A DNA stretch of 64,000 nt from an uncultured Acidimicrobiaceae bacterium (GTDB lineage: Bacteria > Actinomycetota > Acidimicrobiia > Acidimicrobiales > RAAP-2): positions 3,497-67,496 of the forward strand of contig CAWEWZ010000005.1 in the NCBI GenBank assembly GCA_963812885.1. Reading direction: 5' to 3'. Shown one piece after another: positions 19,757 to 29,276 of this stretch (positions are counted from its first letter, which is position 1; each line of letters begins with the position of its first letter). Under the pieces are notes generated by a model, which was not told where the DNA came from, ran no database searches, and saw nothing but the letters and a program-made list of their open reading frames with translations. Position numbers and translations under genes: made by a program.

Positions 19757-19861
19757 CATCAGCGGGCGGGGGCGGACCCGGGCCGGGAGCGACGACATCC
19801 GGCGACGCCATGTCCGGAGACGGGCCGTGCCCGTGATGTTCCCATGAGAGGACGGAGCTCG

Positions 19862-20623
19862 ATGACGTTGACCGATCCGGTATCGACCGAGGCGCCGGTC
19901 TCGCCGGCCGCCCGGGCCATCGACCTGGTCAAGACCTACGGGAAGGGCGACGCCGTCGTGCAGGCCCTCGACGGGATCACCGTCGAGTTCGAGCGCGGTC
20001 GCTTCACCGCGGTCATGGGCCCGTCGGGCTCGGGCAAGTCGACCCTCATGCACTGCATGGCCGGGCTGGACACGGCCACCTCGGGCCGGGCCTTCGTCGG
20101 CGACCAGGAGATCGGGCTGCTCGACGATGCCGGCCTGACCCAGATGCGCCGTGACCGGATCGGGTTCGTCTTCCAGTCGTTCAACCTGGTCCCCACCCTC
20201 ACCGCCGCCGAGAACATCACGCTGCCCGCCGATCTGGCCGGGGTCAAGATCGACCAGGCCTGGTTCGACTACCTGGTCGACCAGCTCGGGATCCGCGACC
20301 GGCTGTCCCACCGCCCGAGCGAGATGTCCGGCGGGCAGCAGCAGCGCGCCGCCTGTGCCCGGGCGCTCATCGGCCGGCCCGACCTGGTCTTCGCCGACGA
20401 GCCCACCGGCAATCTGGACTCGAACTCGTCCATGGAGATGCTGGGCTTCCTCCGGCGCTCGGTCACCGAGTTCAACCAGTCGATCGTGATGGTCACCCAC
20501 GACCCCCGGGGCGCGGCCTTCGCCGACCGGGTCGTCTTCCTGGCCGACGGCAAGGTGGTGGGCGAGTTGCACTCGCCGACGGCCGACACTGTGCTGGAGC
20601 AGATGAAGCAGCTCGGTACCTGA
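19862..20623 (+). CDS. ABC transporter ATP-binding protein (MacB/LolD type)
   Basis: Walker A GPSGSGKST, signature MSGGQQQR, Walker B LVFADEPT. ATG 19862 follows AGGACGGAG; an alternative ATG lies at 19844. Confidence 0.9.
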   Translation: MTLTDPVSTEAPVSPAARAIDLVKTYGKGDAVVQALDGITVEFERGRFTAVMGPSGSGKSTLMHCMAGLDTATSGRAFVGDQEIGLLDDAGLTQMRRDRIGFVFQSFNLVPTLTAAENITLPADLAGVKIDQAWFDYLVDQLGIRDRLSHRPSEMSGGQQQRAACARALIGRPDLVFADEPTGNLDSNSSMEMLGFLRRSVTEFNQSIVMVTHDPRGAAFADRVVFLADGKVVGELHSPTADTVLEQMKQLGT

Positions 20624-20624
20624 G

Positions 20625-23164
20625 ATGTGGAAGGTCACCATCAAGGGCCTGATGGCCCACAAGCTGCGACTGGCGCTGACCGCCCTGGCCATCGTCCTCG
20701 GGGTGACCTTCATCTCGGGGACGCTGGTTCTCACCGACACCCTCCACAACACCTTCACCACCCTCTTCGGCAACATCTACAAGAACGTCGACTTCGAGGT
20801 GCGGGGGACGGCCGCCTTCAGCAACAACTCCTCCAACGGGGGCGCCATCCGCAAGCCGATCCCCGAGTCGGTCCTGACCACGGTCCGGCAGGTGCCCGGC
20901 GTGGCCTACGCCGAGGGGACGCTGAGCGGGTTCGCGCAGTTCATCGCCCCTGACGGGAAGGCCATCACCACCGGCGGCGCCCCCACCATCGGCATCTCCT
21001 TCGACCCCAACCCCCAGCTGTCGGCGCTCAAACTGGCCTCCGGCACCGCCCCGACCAGCGCCAACGACGTGGCCATGGACGCCGGCACGGCCCAGAAGTA
21101 CCACTTCCACGTGGGCGACCACGTGCGGGTGCTGCTCATCGGTCCGACCCGGACGTTCACCATCTCGGGGATCGTCAAATTCGGGACCGCCGACAACCTG
21201 GCCGGCGCCACGCTGGCCGCCTTCGACGTGCCCACCGCCCAGAAGCTGTTCAACGAGGTCGGGCACTTCGACGCCGTCGACGTCCTGGCCAAACCGGGCG
21301 TGGACAAGGCCGCGCTGCAGCGGGCCATCGCCCGTGAGCTGCCGCACGGGGTGGAGGTGGTCACCGGCCAGACCGTGGCCAACGAGTCGACCAACTCGAT
21401 CAACCAGGCGCTGTCCTTCTTCTCGACGGCACTGCTGGTCTTCGCCTTCATCTCGCTGTTCGTGGGCGGGTTCACCATCTTCAACACGTTCTCGATCCTG
21501 GTCGGCCAGCGCACCCGGGAGCTGGCCCTGCTCCGGATCGTCGGGGCCAGCCGGCGCCAGGTCTTCCGTTCCGTGCTGGTCGAGGCCGGCCTGCTCGGAC
21601 TGGTGGCCTCGCTGATCGGGCTCGGGCTCGGGGTGCTGGCCGCCCTCGGTCTGGTGGCCCTGCTCAAGGGGTTCGGCATCACCCTGCCCACCGGTCCCCT
21701 CGTCTTCCAGTCGCGCACGGTGATCGCCGCGCTGGTGGTCGGCATCGGGGTGACCATGGTGTCGGCCATCAGCCCGGCCCGCCGGGCCGTGCGCATCCCA
21801 CCGATCGCCGCCATGGTCGACTACCAGGGGGACCAGGAGGAGTCGTCCCGGCGCCGGATCGTGGTCGGGACGGTCATCGCCGTCCTCGGCATCCTGGTCC
21901 TGGCGCTCGGGCTGACCAAGCCGGCCATCCAGCTGGTGGGCCTGGGCGCCATCGCCATCTTCATCGGCATCGGGATGCTGGCCCCGGTCGTCGCCCGCCC
22001 GATGGCCAGCGCCCTCGGACGCCCGTTGGCCCGGCTGCTCGGGATCTCCGGCAAGCTGGGTCGGGAGAACTCGATGCGGAGTCCGCGGCGGACGGCCCAG
22101 ACGTCATCGGCGTTGATGGTGGGGCTGGCCCTCGTCTCCACCATCGCCGTGTTCGGCGCCTCGCTGTCCAAGTCGGCCACCAGCAGCGTCGACCAGGCGG
22201 TCAGCGCCGACTACATCATCACCACCGGCGGGCAACGGCGGCAACGGCGGGTTCAGTGACTCGGTGGCCGCCACCGCATCCACGGATCCCCGGCGTCACC
22301 GCCGTGTCCACCGTCTACAGCGGCCAGTTCGAGGTGCGGGGCGTCCTCAACAGCCTGACCGCGGTGTCCACCGACCACCTGCCCAAGACGGTCATCCTGC
22401 GGCTCGACTCCGGCGCTGGTGCCTCATCGCTGGCCGCCGGCAATCTGCTCATCGACTCCACCACCGCCACCAGCAAGCACCTGTCGGTCGGATCGGTGGT
22501 ACCGGTGAAGTTCGCCCAGACCGGCAATTCGACCATGCGGATCGGCGGGATCTACAAGCCCAACGCGCTGCTCGGCAGCTATCTCGTCGGCGACGGGTTC
22601 TTCCTCTCGCACTTCGACACCCCGCTGCCGGTGGCCGTGCTGCTGCGGACGGCCGGAGGTCCGGGCGCCGACAGCCAGGCGATCAACGCGCTGGCCAAGC
22701 CCTATCCGAACATCAAGATCCAGACGCTGGCCCAGTTCAAGAAGTCGCAGCAGCAACAGGTCAACCAGCTGCTCGGTCTGGTCTACGCGCTGTTGGCCCT
22801 GGCCGTGCTCATCGCCCTGATCGGGATCGTCAACACACTCATGCTCTCGGTGTTCGAACGCACCCACGAGATCGGCCTGCTGCGGGCGGTGGGGATGAAG
22901 CGACGCCAGGTGCGGTCGATGATCCGCTCGGAGTCGGTCATCCTGTCCCTGTTCGGCGCCATCATCGGGGTGGTGGTGGGCACCGCCCTCGGCACCGCCT
23001 TCGCCGCCTCCCTCAAGCAACAGGGCATCACCGACATCGTCATCCCGGTGGCCAGCCTGGTGGTGTTCCTGGTGCTGGCGGCACTGCTCGGGCTCGGGGC
23101 CGCCACCTGGCCGGCCCGAAGGGCGGCCAAGCTCGACGTACTGGCGGCCATCGCCGCCGACTGA
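20625..23164 (+). CDS. ABC transporter permease with two FtsX/MacB-type 4-TM modules; two frame breaks at about 22230 and 22280
   Basis: The N-terminal FtsX module ends at ..ADYIITTGG. The expected GNGGNGGFSDSVAATAS linker is in frame +1, and IPGVTAVSTVYSGQFEV plus the second FtsX module are in frame +2. Confidence 0.85.
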
Positions 23165-23180
23165 CCGGGCCGGCGCCGGC

Positions 23181-24438
23181 TCAGCGGGTGTGCTGGGGGG
23201 TCGGGTGCCTGGCCGGGCCGGGACGGGCGCGGCGACGGGTAGTGCATCCGGGCCGGAGGCCGGCCACCGGTGTCCCCACCGCCCGTCCACTCCTCGGCCA
23301 GCAGGCGGTAGGAGCGGACCCGGTCCTCGTGCCGGTGGGTGACGGTGGTCACGATCAGCTCGTCGGCCCCGGTGGCCTCCTGCAACCACCCGAGCTGCGA
23401 CACCACCGACGACGGCGACCCGACGAATTGGGTCTCGGCCCGGTCGAGGACCAGTGCCCGCTCGTCCTCGGTCCAGTGGTGGCGGCGGGCCTCTTCGGGA
23501 CTCGGGAAGGGCATGGCCCCCTGCCCGCTCCGGACGCTGAGGACCCACAGCGGGTAGCCCTCGGCCAGTTGGTTGGCGTTCCCGTCGTCGGATCCCACCA
23601 CGGCGTTGGCCGAGACGGCGACGTAGGGGTGGTCGAGGCCGGCCGAGGGGACGAAGGCGTCCCGGTAGGCGTCGACCACCTCGAGCACGGTGGCCGGGCT
23701 GGCGTGGTAGTTGGCCGCGAAGCGCACGCCCAATCGGCCGGCCACCGCGGCACTCTCCTCCTCACCGCTGCCGATCACCCAGAGGTCGAGGTCCGCACCC
23801 GTTCCCGGGACGGGCCGGGCCGGCAGCCCCCCGGTCGACCGCCACGTCCCTGCCAACAGGCCCACGATGTCCTCGATCAGGTCTCCGTAGCCGGCCGGTT
23901 CGGCCCCCCGCTGCCGGACCAGGTCGGAGGTGAGGGTGGCGAGGGGCGAGCCGGGCAGCGCCCGGGCGGGCGGGCGGTCCGGGATGAGCAGCCCTTCGGC
24001 CGTCCGGTACGGAGCCCGGCGCCTCCGTCTTCCCTCCGGCGATCCGTTCACCGGATCGGTCTCCGAAGCCCGGAGCCGTTCGTGGGGGGCGCCGGGGGGC
24101 GAACGCCTGATGCCGAGGTCGATGCGCCCGGGGTAGAGGGCGTCGAGGAGACCGAACTCCTCGACGATGGAGAGCGCGGTCCGGTGCCCGCTCTGGACGC
24201 CGCCGGATCCGACCCGGATGTTGGTGGTGGCCGCCGCCGCCGTTCCGATCAGCACCACCGGGGACGAGCCCGCCACCCCCGGATCGAGGTGGTGCTCGGC
24301 GAACCAGTAGCGGACGTAGCCGAGCGCATCGGCCGCCCGGGCCAGGTCGATGCTGTTGCGGACGGCGGCGGGCGGATTGGAACCGGAACTGATGGGCACC
24401 AGGTCCAGGACGCCGAGTGGCACCCGCTTCGGGGTCAC
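23181..24438 (-). CDS. LLM-class flavin-dependent oxidoreductase; stop reached only after a 1-nt correction in a G6 run
   Basis: It starts at GTG 24438 (VTPKRVPLGVLDLVPISSG..WFAEHH..). As assembled, the frame runs on antisense through the permease gene to 22783. One base fewer in the homopolymer at 23195-23200 gives ..APDPQHTR-stop at 23181. Confidence 0.7.
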
Positions 24439-24875
24439 GACCGACCCACCGGTGCGGGGCCGAGCCTGTCGGGGCACGTCGGCGGAGCAGGGAGCCACCG
24501 GATGCCGTCCGGAGCCGGCGCAAGAAGGAAGTCTGGGGGAATCACCATGAGGGAGCCTTGGTCCACCCGGCACGTCGACGGTGTCCAACGGCGGAAATCG
24601 TGCCGCGCGGGTCACGTGAGGTCGGGAACCGAGAGGGAGTGCCCGATCTGCCACGGCTGGGTTGGACATGGACGAGCTGTACATATGACGCATCCGGTCA
24701 ACGAGTCGACCAGACGAGGCATCCATCTTCTCACCTCCGGGGCGCCGACCGGTGGACCGGGGTGGGTGGACCGGCGCCGGGCAAGAGCCCCAGGCACGAA
24801 CGGCCTGATCCGAACTACCTTTTCGACCGGCGAGCGGGTCGAGCAGGGCGCTTCCGGCCCTGAGGAGGAGAGAGC

Positions 24876-25680
24876 ATGGACCTGGGCCTGGACGGAGCCA
24901 CCGCGGTCGTCACCGGGGGGTCGAAGGGGATGGGACGGGCCATCGCCGAACGCCTGGCCGTCGAAGGGGCACAGGTGGCGGTCCTGGCCCGGGGCCGTGA
25001 CGCCCTCGACGAGACGGTGGCCGCCCTGCACCGGATCGGGAGCGCCGGGTCGCTGGGCCTGTCCGTCGACGTCACCGAGCGGGACCAGGTGGACGCGGCC
25101 TTCTCCGAGCTGGGCCGGACCTGGGGCTCGCTCAATGTGCTGGTCAACACCCTCGGACCCGGCGCCGGGCGCTTCGAGCAGCTCGAGGACCGCGACTGGG
25201 ACGCATCCTTCGACCTCGGGGTGATGGCCGCCGTCCGTTGCGTCCGGGCCGGCCTGCCACTCCTGCGGGCGGCCGAGTGGGCCCGGATCGTCAACGTCTC
25301 GGCCCACTCGACCCAGCGCCAGAGCCCGCTCATCGTGGCCTACACGGCGGCCAAGGCCGCCTTGACCAGCGTGTCGAAGAACCTGTCCAAGTCGCTGGCT
25401 CCCGAGGGGATCCTGGTCAACACGGTGAGCCCCGGGTCCATCGTGACGGCCAGCTTCAGCGAGGGGCTGCGAGAGATCTTCGAGGCCGAGGGCCTCGACG
25501 CCACCGACCCCTACGACGTCATGGCCTGGATCGACGGAGCACTTCCACCAGCCGGCCGACCTCGGGCGGGCCGGGCTCCCCGAGGAGGTGGCCTCCCTGA
25601 CCGCCTATCTGGCCTCGCGGACCAACGGGTACGTGACCGGTGCCGACGTCAACGTCGACGGCGGTTCGGACTTCGTCTGA
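24876..25680 (+). CDS. Short-chain dehydrogenase/reductase; frame break near 25536
   Basis: TGGSKGMGRAIA, YTAAKAAL and a strong SD (GAGGAGGAGAGAGC). The canonical SDR end (EHFHQPADLGRAGLPEEVASLTAYLASRTNGYVTGADVNVDGGSDFV-stop) is in the +1 frame after GACGGAG. Confidence 0.85.
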
Positions 25681-25977
25681 TGCGCGAGGCGAGACCCTGA
25701 TCGCCTCGGCTGGCGAGACCGGGCTCGACGACTCAGGGCAGCTGGAAGGAGGGCCTGGAGCGGCTCCGGATCGTCGACACCCTGGCCGCCCATCCCGAGG
25801 TCGGTGACGAGGAGATCGTCGGTCCCCTGCAGTCCGATCCGGTCGGTGCCGTGCCACGAGCTCGGCCTCGACGAGGACACGGTCAGGGACTCTTCTCGGC
25901 CTATCTCGAACGATTCGGGGCGACGGGCGGGACATGGGCAGTGCCGGGCCGAACCGGTGGCCGTCAACCGTTCGTGC

Positions 25978-26736
25978 TCAGTACAGGGCGCGGGCCTCGA
26001 CGGCAGGGAAGTCGCGGATCACGATGGTGCGGCCGCGGGCCTCGACCCAGCCGAGCTCGCGCAAACGGCGCAGGCCCTTGACCACCGCCTCGCGGGAGAG
26101 CCCGGTGAGGTCGGCCAGTTCGTGCTGGGCGATGGGGAGGCTCACCGAAGGCACGTCTTCGTCGTCACCGAAGCGACCGATCATGATGAGGAGGCAACTG
26201 CACAACCGGGCCAGGGAGTCACCGGCTCCGAACTCCAGCTGTCGCTGCGACGTCCTCCGGAGTCGGACGGCCACCACCCGCAACAGCTCGGTGGCCACCC
26301 GGGGCTCGTGCTCGAGGAAGGTCCGGAAGTCCTCCACCGGCAGGACGAGGGCGTCGACCGGAGTCACCGCCTCGGCCGAGGCCGAACGGGGTTGGCCGTC
26401 GATGGCCGACAACTCGCCCAGCACCGATCCCGCCGATTCGAGCCCGAGGATGACCTGTTTCCCCGAGGGAGCGGTCATGACCACCTTGACCAAACCCTCG
26501 ACCAGGACGTAGACGTCCCGGCCCTCCTCCCCTTCGAAGAAGAGGGTCTGGCCGGCGCCGAAATGGCGATGACGGCCCGCCGCCTCCAGCGCATCACGTT
26601 CGGACGGCTCGAGGCGGGCCAGGAAGACTTGATCCGCCACGGGGCCACGATACAGGCCGAGGCCGCGGTGACCCGGGGGCGGCCGGCCGTCGACGGGGCC
26701 GGTGGCGATTTCGGAGGGGAGTGAGGTCACCGGCAC
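25978..26736 (-). CDS. Crp/Fnr-family transcriptional regulator
   Basis: cNMP-binding beta-roll (LFFEGEEGRDVYVLVEGLVKV..GELSAIDGQPRSASA) and a C-terminal HTH (HELADLTGLSREAVVKGLRRL). GTG start at 26736. Confidence 0.85.
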   Translation of the reverse strand: MPVTSLPSEIATGPVDGRPPPGHRGLGLYRGPVADQVFLARLEPSERDALEAAGRHRHFGAGQTLFFEGEEGRDVYVLVEGLVKVVMTAPSGKQVILGLESAGSVLGELSAIDGQPRSASAEAVTPVDALVLPVEDFRTFLEHEPRVATELLRVVAVRLRRTSQRQLEFGAGDSLARLCSCLLIMIGRFGDDEDVPSVSLPIAQHELADLTGLSREAVVKGLRRLRELGWVEARGRTIVIRDFPAVEARALY

Positions 26737-26843
26737 CGGCCGTGGGTGGCCCGGGCCTCGTTGGTGGAGCAGTGGCGGGGGAGGCAGTGGCGGGGGAGCA
26801 GGTGCCGGCAGAGGCGGTGGAGGCGGCGGTGGTCGCGGTTCAT
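26727..26843 (-). CDS. Candidate 38-codon Cys/His/Arg-rich small ORF overlapping both neighbours
   Basis: MNRDHRRLHRLCRHLLPRHCLPRHCSTNEARATHGRCR. Its ATG overlaps the upstream small-ORF stop (ATGA) and its stop overlaps the Crp GTG region. GC3 is near 100 percent. It could equally be a chance open frame in GC-rich DNA. Confidence 0.25.
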   Translation of the reverse strand: MNRDHRRLHRLCRHLLPRHCLPRHCSTNEARATHGRCR

Positions 26844-26977
26844 GACTCGTCGTCCCGCTTGGAGACGATCCTGAGCGGCTGGGTACGCGGCTGTTTGACC
26901 GGCGGCGGTTCCTTGCGGTGGAGGCCCCCCAGCCGGGAGAGCCGTCGCACGCGGTGAATCTGCGGATCGTGCTTCAT
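26840..26977 (-). CDS. Candidate 45-codon basic small protein upstream of Crp
   Basis: The ATG is preceded by GAGGAAGGAG at 7-nt spacing. Translation is MKHDPQIHRVRRLSRLGGLHRKEPPPVKQPRTQPLRIVSKRDDES. The codon-position GC pattern is coding-like (GC3 high, GC2 moderate). It is below the 60-aa ORF-track cutoff. Confidence 0.4.
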   Translation of the reverse strand: MKHDPQIHRVRRLSRLGGLHRKEPPPVKQPRTQPLRIVSKRDDES

Positions 26978-27075
26978 CGGCCGACTCCTTCCTCGTTCGT
27001 TGGCCGTCGCATTCGGGCGGTGGCTAGGAGTATGTGCCGACCGGGCGCCGCTGTCAGCGTCAACGTGCGCAGTTG

Positions 27076-27097
27076 CATTGGGTATTCGTACCCAATG
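27076..27097. promoter_or_regulatory. 22-bp perfect palindrome CATTGGGTA-TTCG-TACCCAATG
   Basis: 9-bp arms and a 4-nt spacer in a locally AT-richer stretch. It lies about 85 nt after the PhyH-like stop and about 100 nt upstream of the SD-led small ORF that precedes Crp. Confidence 0.45.
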
Positions 27098-27181
27098 GGT
27101 ACGGCGAAGCCGACCGCCCGTTCAGGTCGCCGAGCGCAATCCCCAATAGTGGGGACCGGGGCCGACCGGCGGCCCGACGCG

Positions 27182-28240
27182 TCAGGTCGGTGGGTCCGCC
27201 CCATCCGACGCCAGCGCCTGGCGCCACGGACCGAGATCGAGTTTCGGGTAGCGGACGGCGGTCCGGGCGAGCAGCGATTCGTTCCAGATCGGGTGGCCGG
27301 GAGGGGGGAAGCCGAACAGTTCGAGCTCCCGCGGCGTCGAGTGCTCGGCGAACGTGGTCCATCGCCGGTCGGTCGAGTTCGACTGCGCCTGGTGGTAGCC
27401 GATCCAGTCCTGCCCGGCCCGCTTGAAGGCCAGGGTCAGCAGGAAGCGGGCCCGCTCCTCGCCGCCGTACGGCGCCCCGCGGTGGAAGACGTCGGATCGG
27501 TAGGCCAGGTACGACCCCCGCACTCCGGTGGCCCGGTGCTCGGCCGCGTAGAGCCCCGGGTCGACGTCGGGCATCAGGATCGGGGTCCGCTCCCCCACAT
27601 GGGCCGAGTCGGCCTTCGACACCACCCGGGTGGGATTGTCGGCCTCGGTCACGTCGGAGAGGTAGAGGAACCCCTCGAGGTTCCACCACGGTGCGTCGAC
27701 GCCCGGAGGGAGCCACGAGTGGTTCCGGTCGATGTGCATGGGCTGCTCGTAGTTGGTGAGGCCCGAGTAGGAGGCGGTGGCGTGGGTCTGGTAGATCCGG
27801 ATGTCGGCGGTGCCGAGGGCGCGCTCGGCGAAGTCGACGACCGACGGATGCACGCACAGCCGGTTGAGGGCGCCCGAGCCGGGAAAGGGGAACTCGGTGG
27901 TCCACTGGTGCTGGTCCCGGCGGAACCCCGGCCCGTCCTCGGGCCAGAACAGGTCGTCGTCGCGCACGCCACCGACCCGGTCCCACCTCCGGGTCGTCCC
28001 CACCGGGTCGGCGTGGTACTCCTCGGCGGACGGGAACAACAGGTGGAGGTCGTCGGCGACGGCGTCGATCTCCTCGGTGCCCACCAACCCCTCGAGCAGG
28101 ACCCAACCCTCGGTCGTCCAGGTGTCGACCTCGGCGTCGGTGGCAAGTCGTGGGGCCAATGGACCGTCCTTCTCCGTCCCGCCGATCCGGACCGAACCGG
28201 CGCGCTCGGCCCGAAGAGTACCCGGGCGTGATGTCCGCAT
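27182..28240 (-). CDS. Phytanoyl-CoA dioxygenase (PhyH) family Fe(II)/2-oxoglutarate oxygenase
   Basis: ..QPMHIDRNHSW..RGSYLAYRSDVFHRGAP.. fits the PhyH HxD..H pattern. ATG 28240 lies inside a longer ORF. Confidence 0.65.
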   Translation of the reverse strand: MRTSRPGTLRAERAGSVRIGGTEKDGPLAPRLATDAEVDTWTTEGWVLLEGLVGTEEIDAVADDLHLLFPSAEEYHADPVGTTRRWDRVGGVRDDDLFWPEDGPGFRRDQHQWTTEFPFPGSGALNRLCVHPSVVDFAERALGTADIRIYQTHATASYSGLTNYEQPMHIDRNHSWLPPGVDAPWWNLEGFLYLSDVTEADNPTRVVSKADSAHVGERTPILMPDVDPGLYAAEHRATGVRGSYLAYRSDVFHRGAPYGGEERARFLLTLAFKRAGQDWIGYHQAQSNSTDRRWTTFAEHSTPRELELFGFPPPGHPIWNESLLARTAVRYPKLDLGPWRQALASDGADPPT

Positions 28241-28270
28241 CCGTCCCGGCCGGGCGTAGGGTCGCCGGTG

Positions 28271-29213
28271 ATGGCACCGTGGACCGCCGCCGACATCCCG
28301 CCCCTCGAGGGGCGGGCCATCATCGTCACCGGGGCCAACAGCGGGCTCGGGTTCGAGACGGCGCTGGCCCTGGCCCGGGCGGGGGCCCGGGTCGTGCTGG
28401 CCTGCCGGGACCGGGTCAAGGGCGCGGGCGCCCTCGAACGCCTCCGCGCCGAGGTGCCCGGCGCCGACGTGGAGGTGGCCCCGCTCGACCTGGCCGATCT
28501 GGCGTCGGTGCGGACGTTCGCGGCCGAGCTTCTCCGCCGGACACGACCGGCTCGACGTGCTGGTCAACAACGCCGGGGTCATGGCCATCCCCCGCCGGGA
28601 GACGGCCGACGGGTTCGAGATGCAGTTCGGCACCAACCACCTCGGCCACTTCGCCCTCACCGGCCTGCTGCTCGACCGGTTGCTGGCCACCCCCGGGGCC
28701 AGGGTGGTGACGGTGACCAGCATGGCCGCCCGCGGCGGCCGGATCCGGTTCGACGATCTCCAGGGTCGGGGTCACTACGGCCGGTGGTCCGCCTACGGCC
28801 AGGCCAAACTGGCCAACCAGCTGTTCACCCTCGAGCTCGACCGCAGGGTGGCCGGCGGGGCCGCCGATCTGGCCAGCGTGGCCGCCCATCCCGGCTACGC
28901 CGCCACCAACCTCCAGATGGTCGGGCCGCAGATGAGCGGGTCCGATCTGATGGAGCGGATGAGCCGGCTCGGGAACACCGTCTTCGCCCAGAGTGCGGCC
29001 GACGGGGCCCTGCCCAGCCTCTACGCGGCCACCGCCCCCGAGGTCCGGGGCGGGCAGTTCTTCGGCCCCGACCGCCTCTTCGGGATGCGCGGCAGTCCGA
29101 AGCCGGTGCCGTTCCTCGGAGCGGCCCGGGACCCCGGAACGGCCCGGAGGCTGTGGGAGGTGTCCGAGGAGCTGACCGGGGTCCGGTACCCGATCCCCGA
29201 CCGGCGGCCGTGA
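28271..29213 (+). CDS. Short-chain dehydrogenase/reductase (retinol-dehydrogenase-like); frame break near 28535
   Basis: [19 protein letters not shown] is in one frame. [35 protein letters not shown] is in the next. Confidence 0.85.
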
Positions 29214-29276
29214 GCACCGCCGGGGCGGCCGGACGGCCCGGGTCCCCCTGTCGCAGCCGTTCGTTAGGTTGAACTG

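Noticed and set aside
22264-25224. 986-aa plus-strand ORF; similar long ORFs at 55779-57671, 17480-18865, 13004-14344 and 736-1851
   Set aside because: All overlap well-supported genes in other frames or on the other strand and translate to low-complexity Arg/Pro/Gly sequence. They are artefacts of stop-codon scarcity at high GC.
25700-25977. 278-bp gap whose frames contain fragments (LAAHPEVGDEEIVGPL.., ..PCHELGLDEDTVRD) faintly reminiscent of a sulfotransferase N-terminus
   Set aside because: The similarity is weak, spread over two frames and based on memory of a motif only. It is not reportable as a pseudogene without a search.
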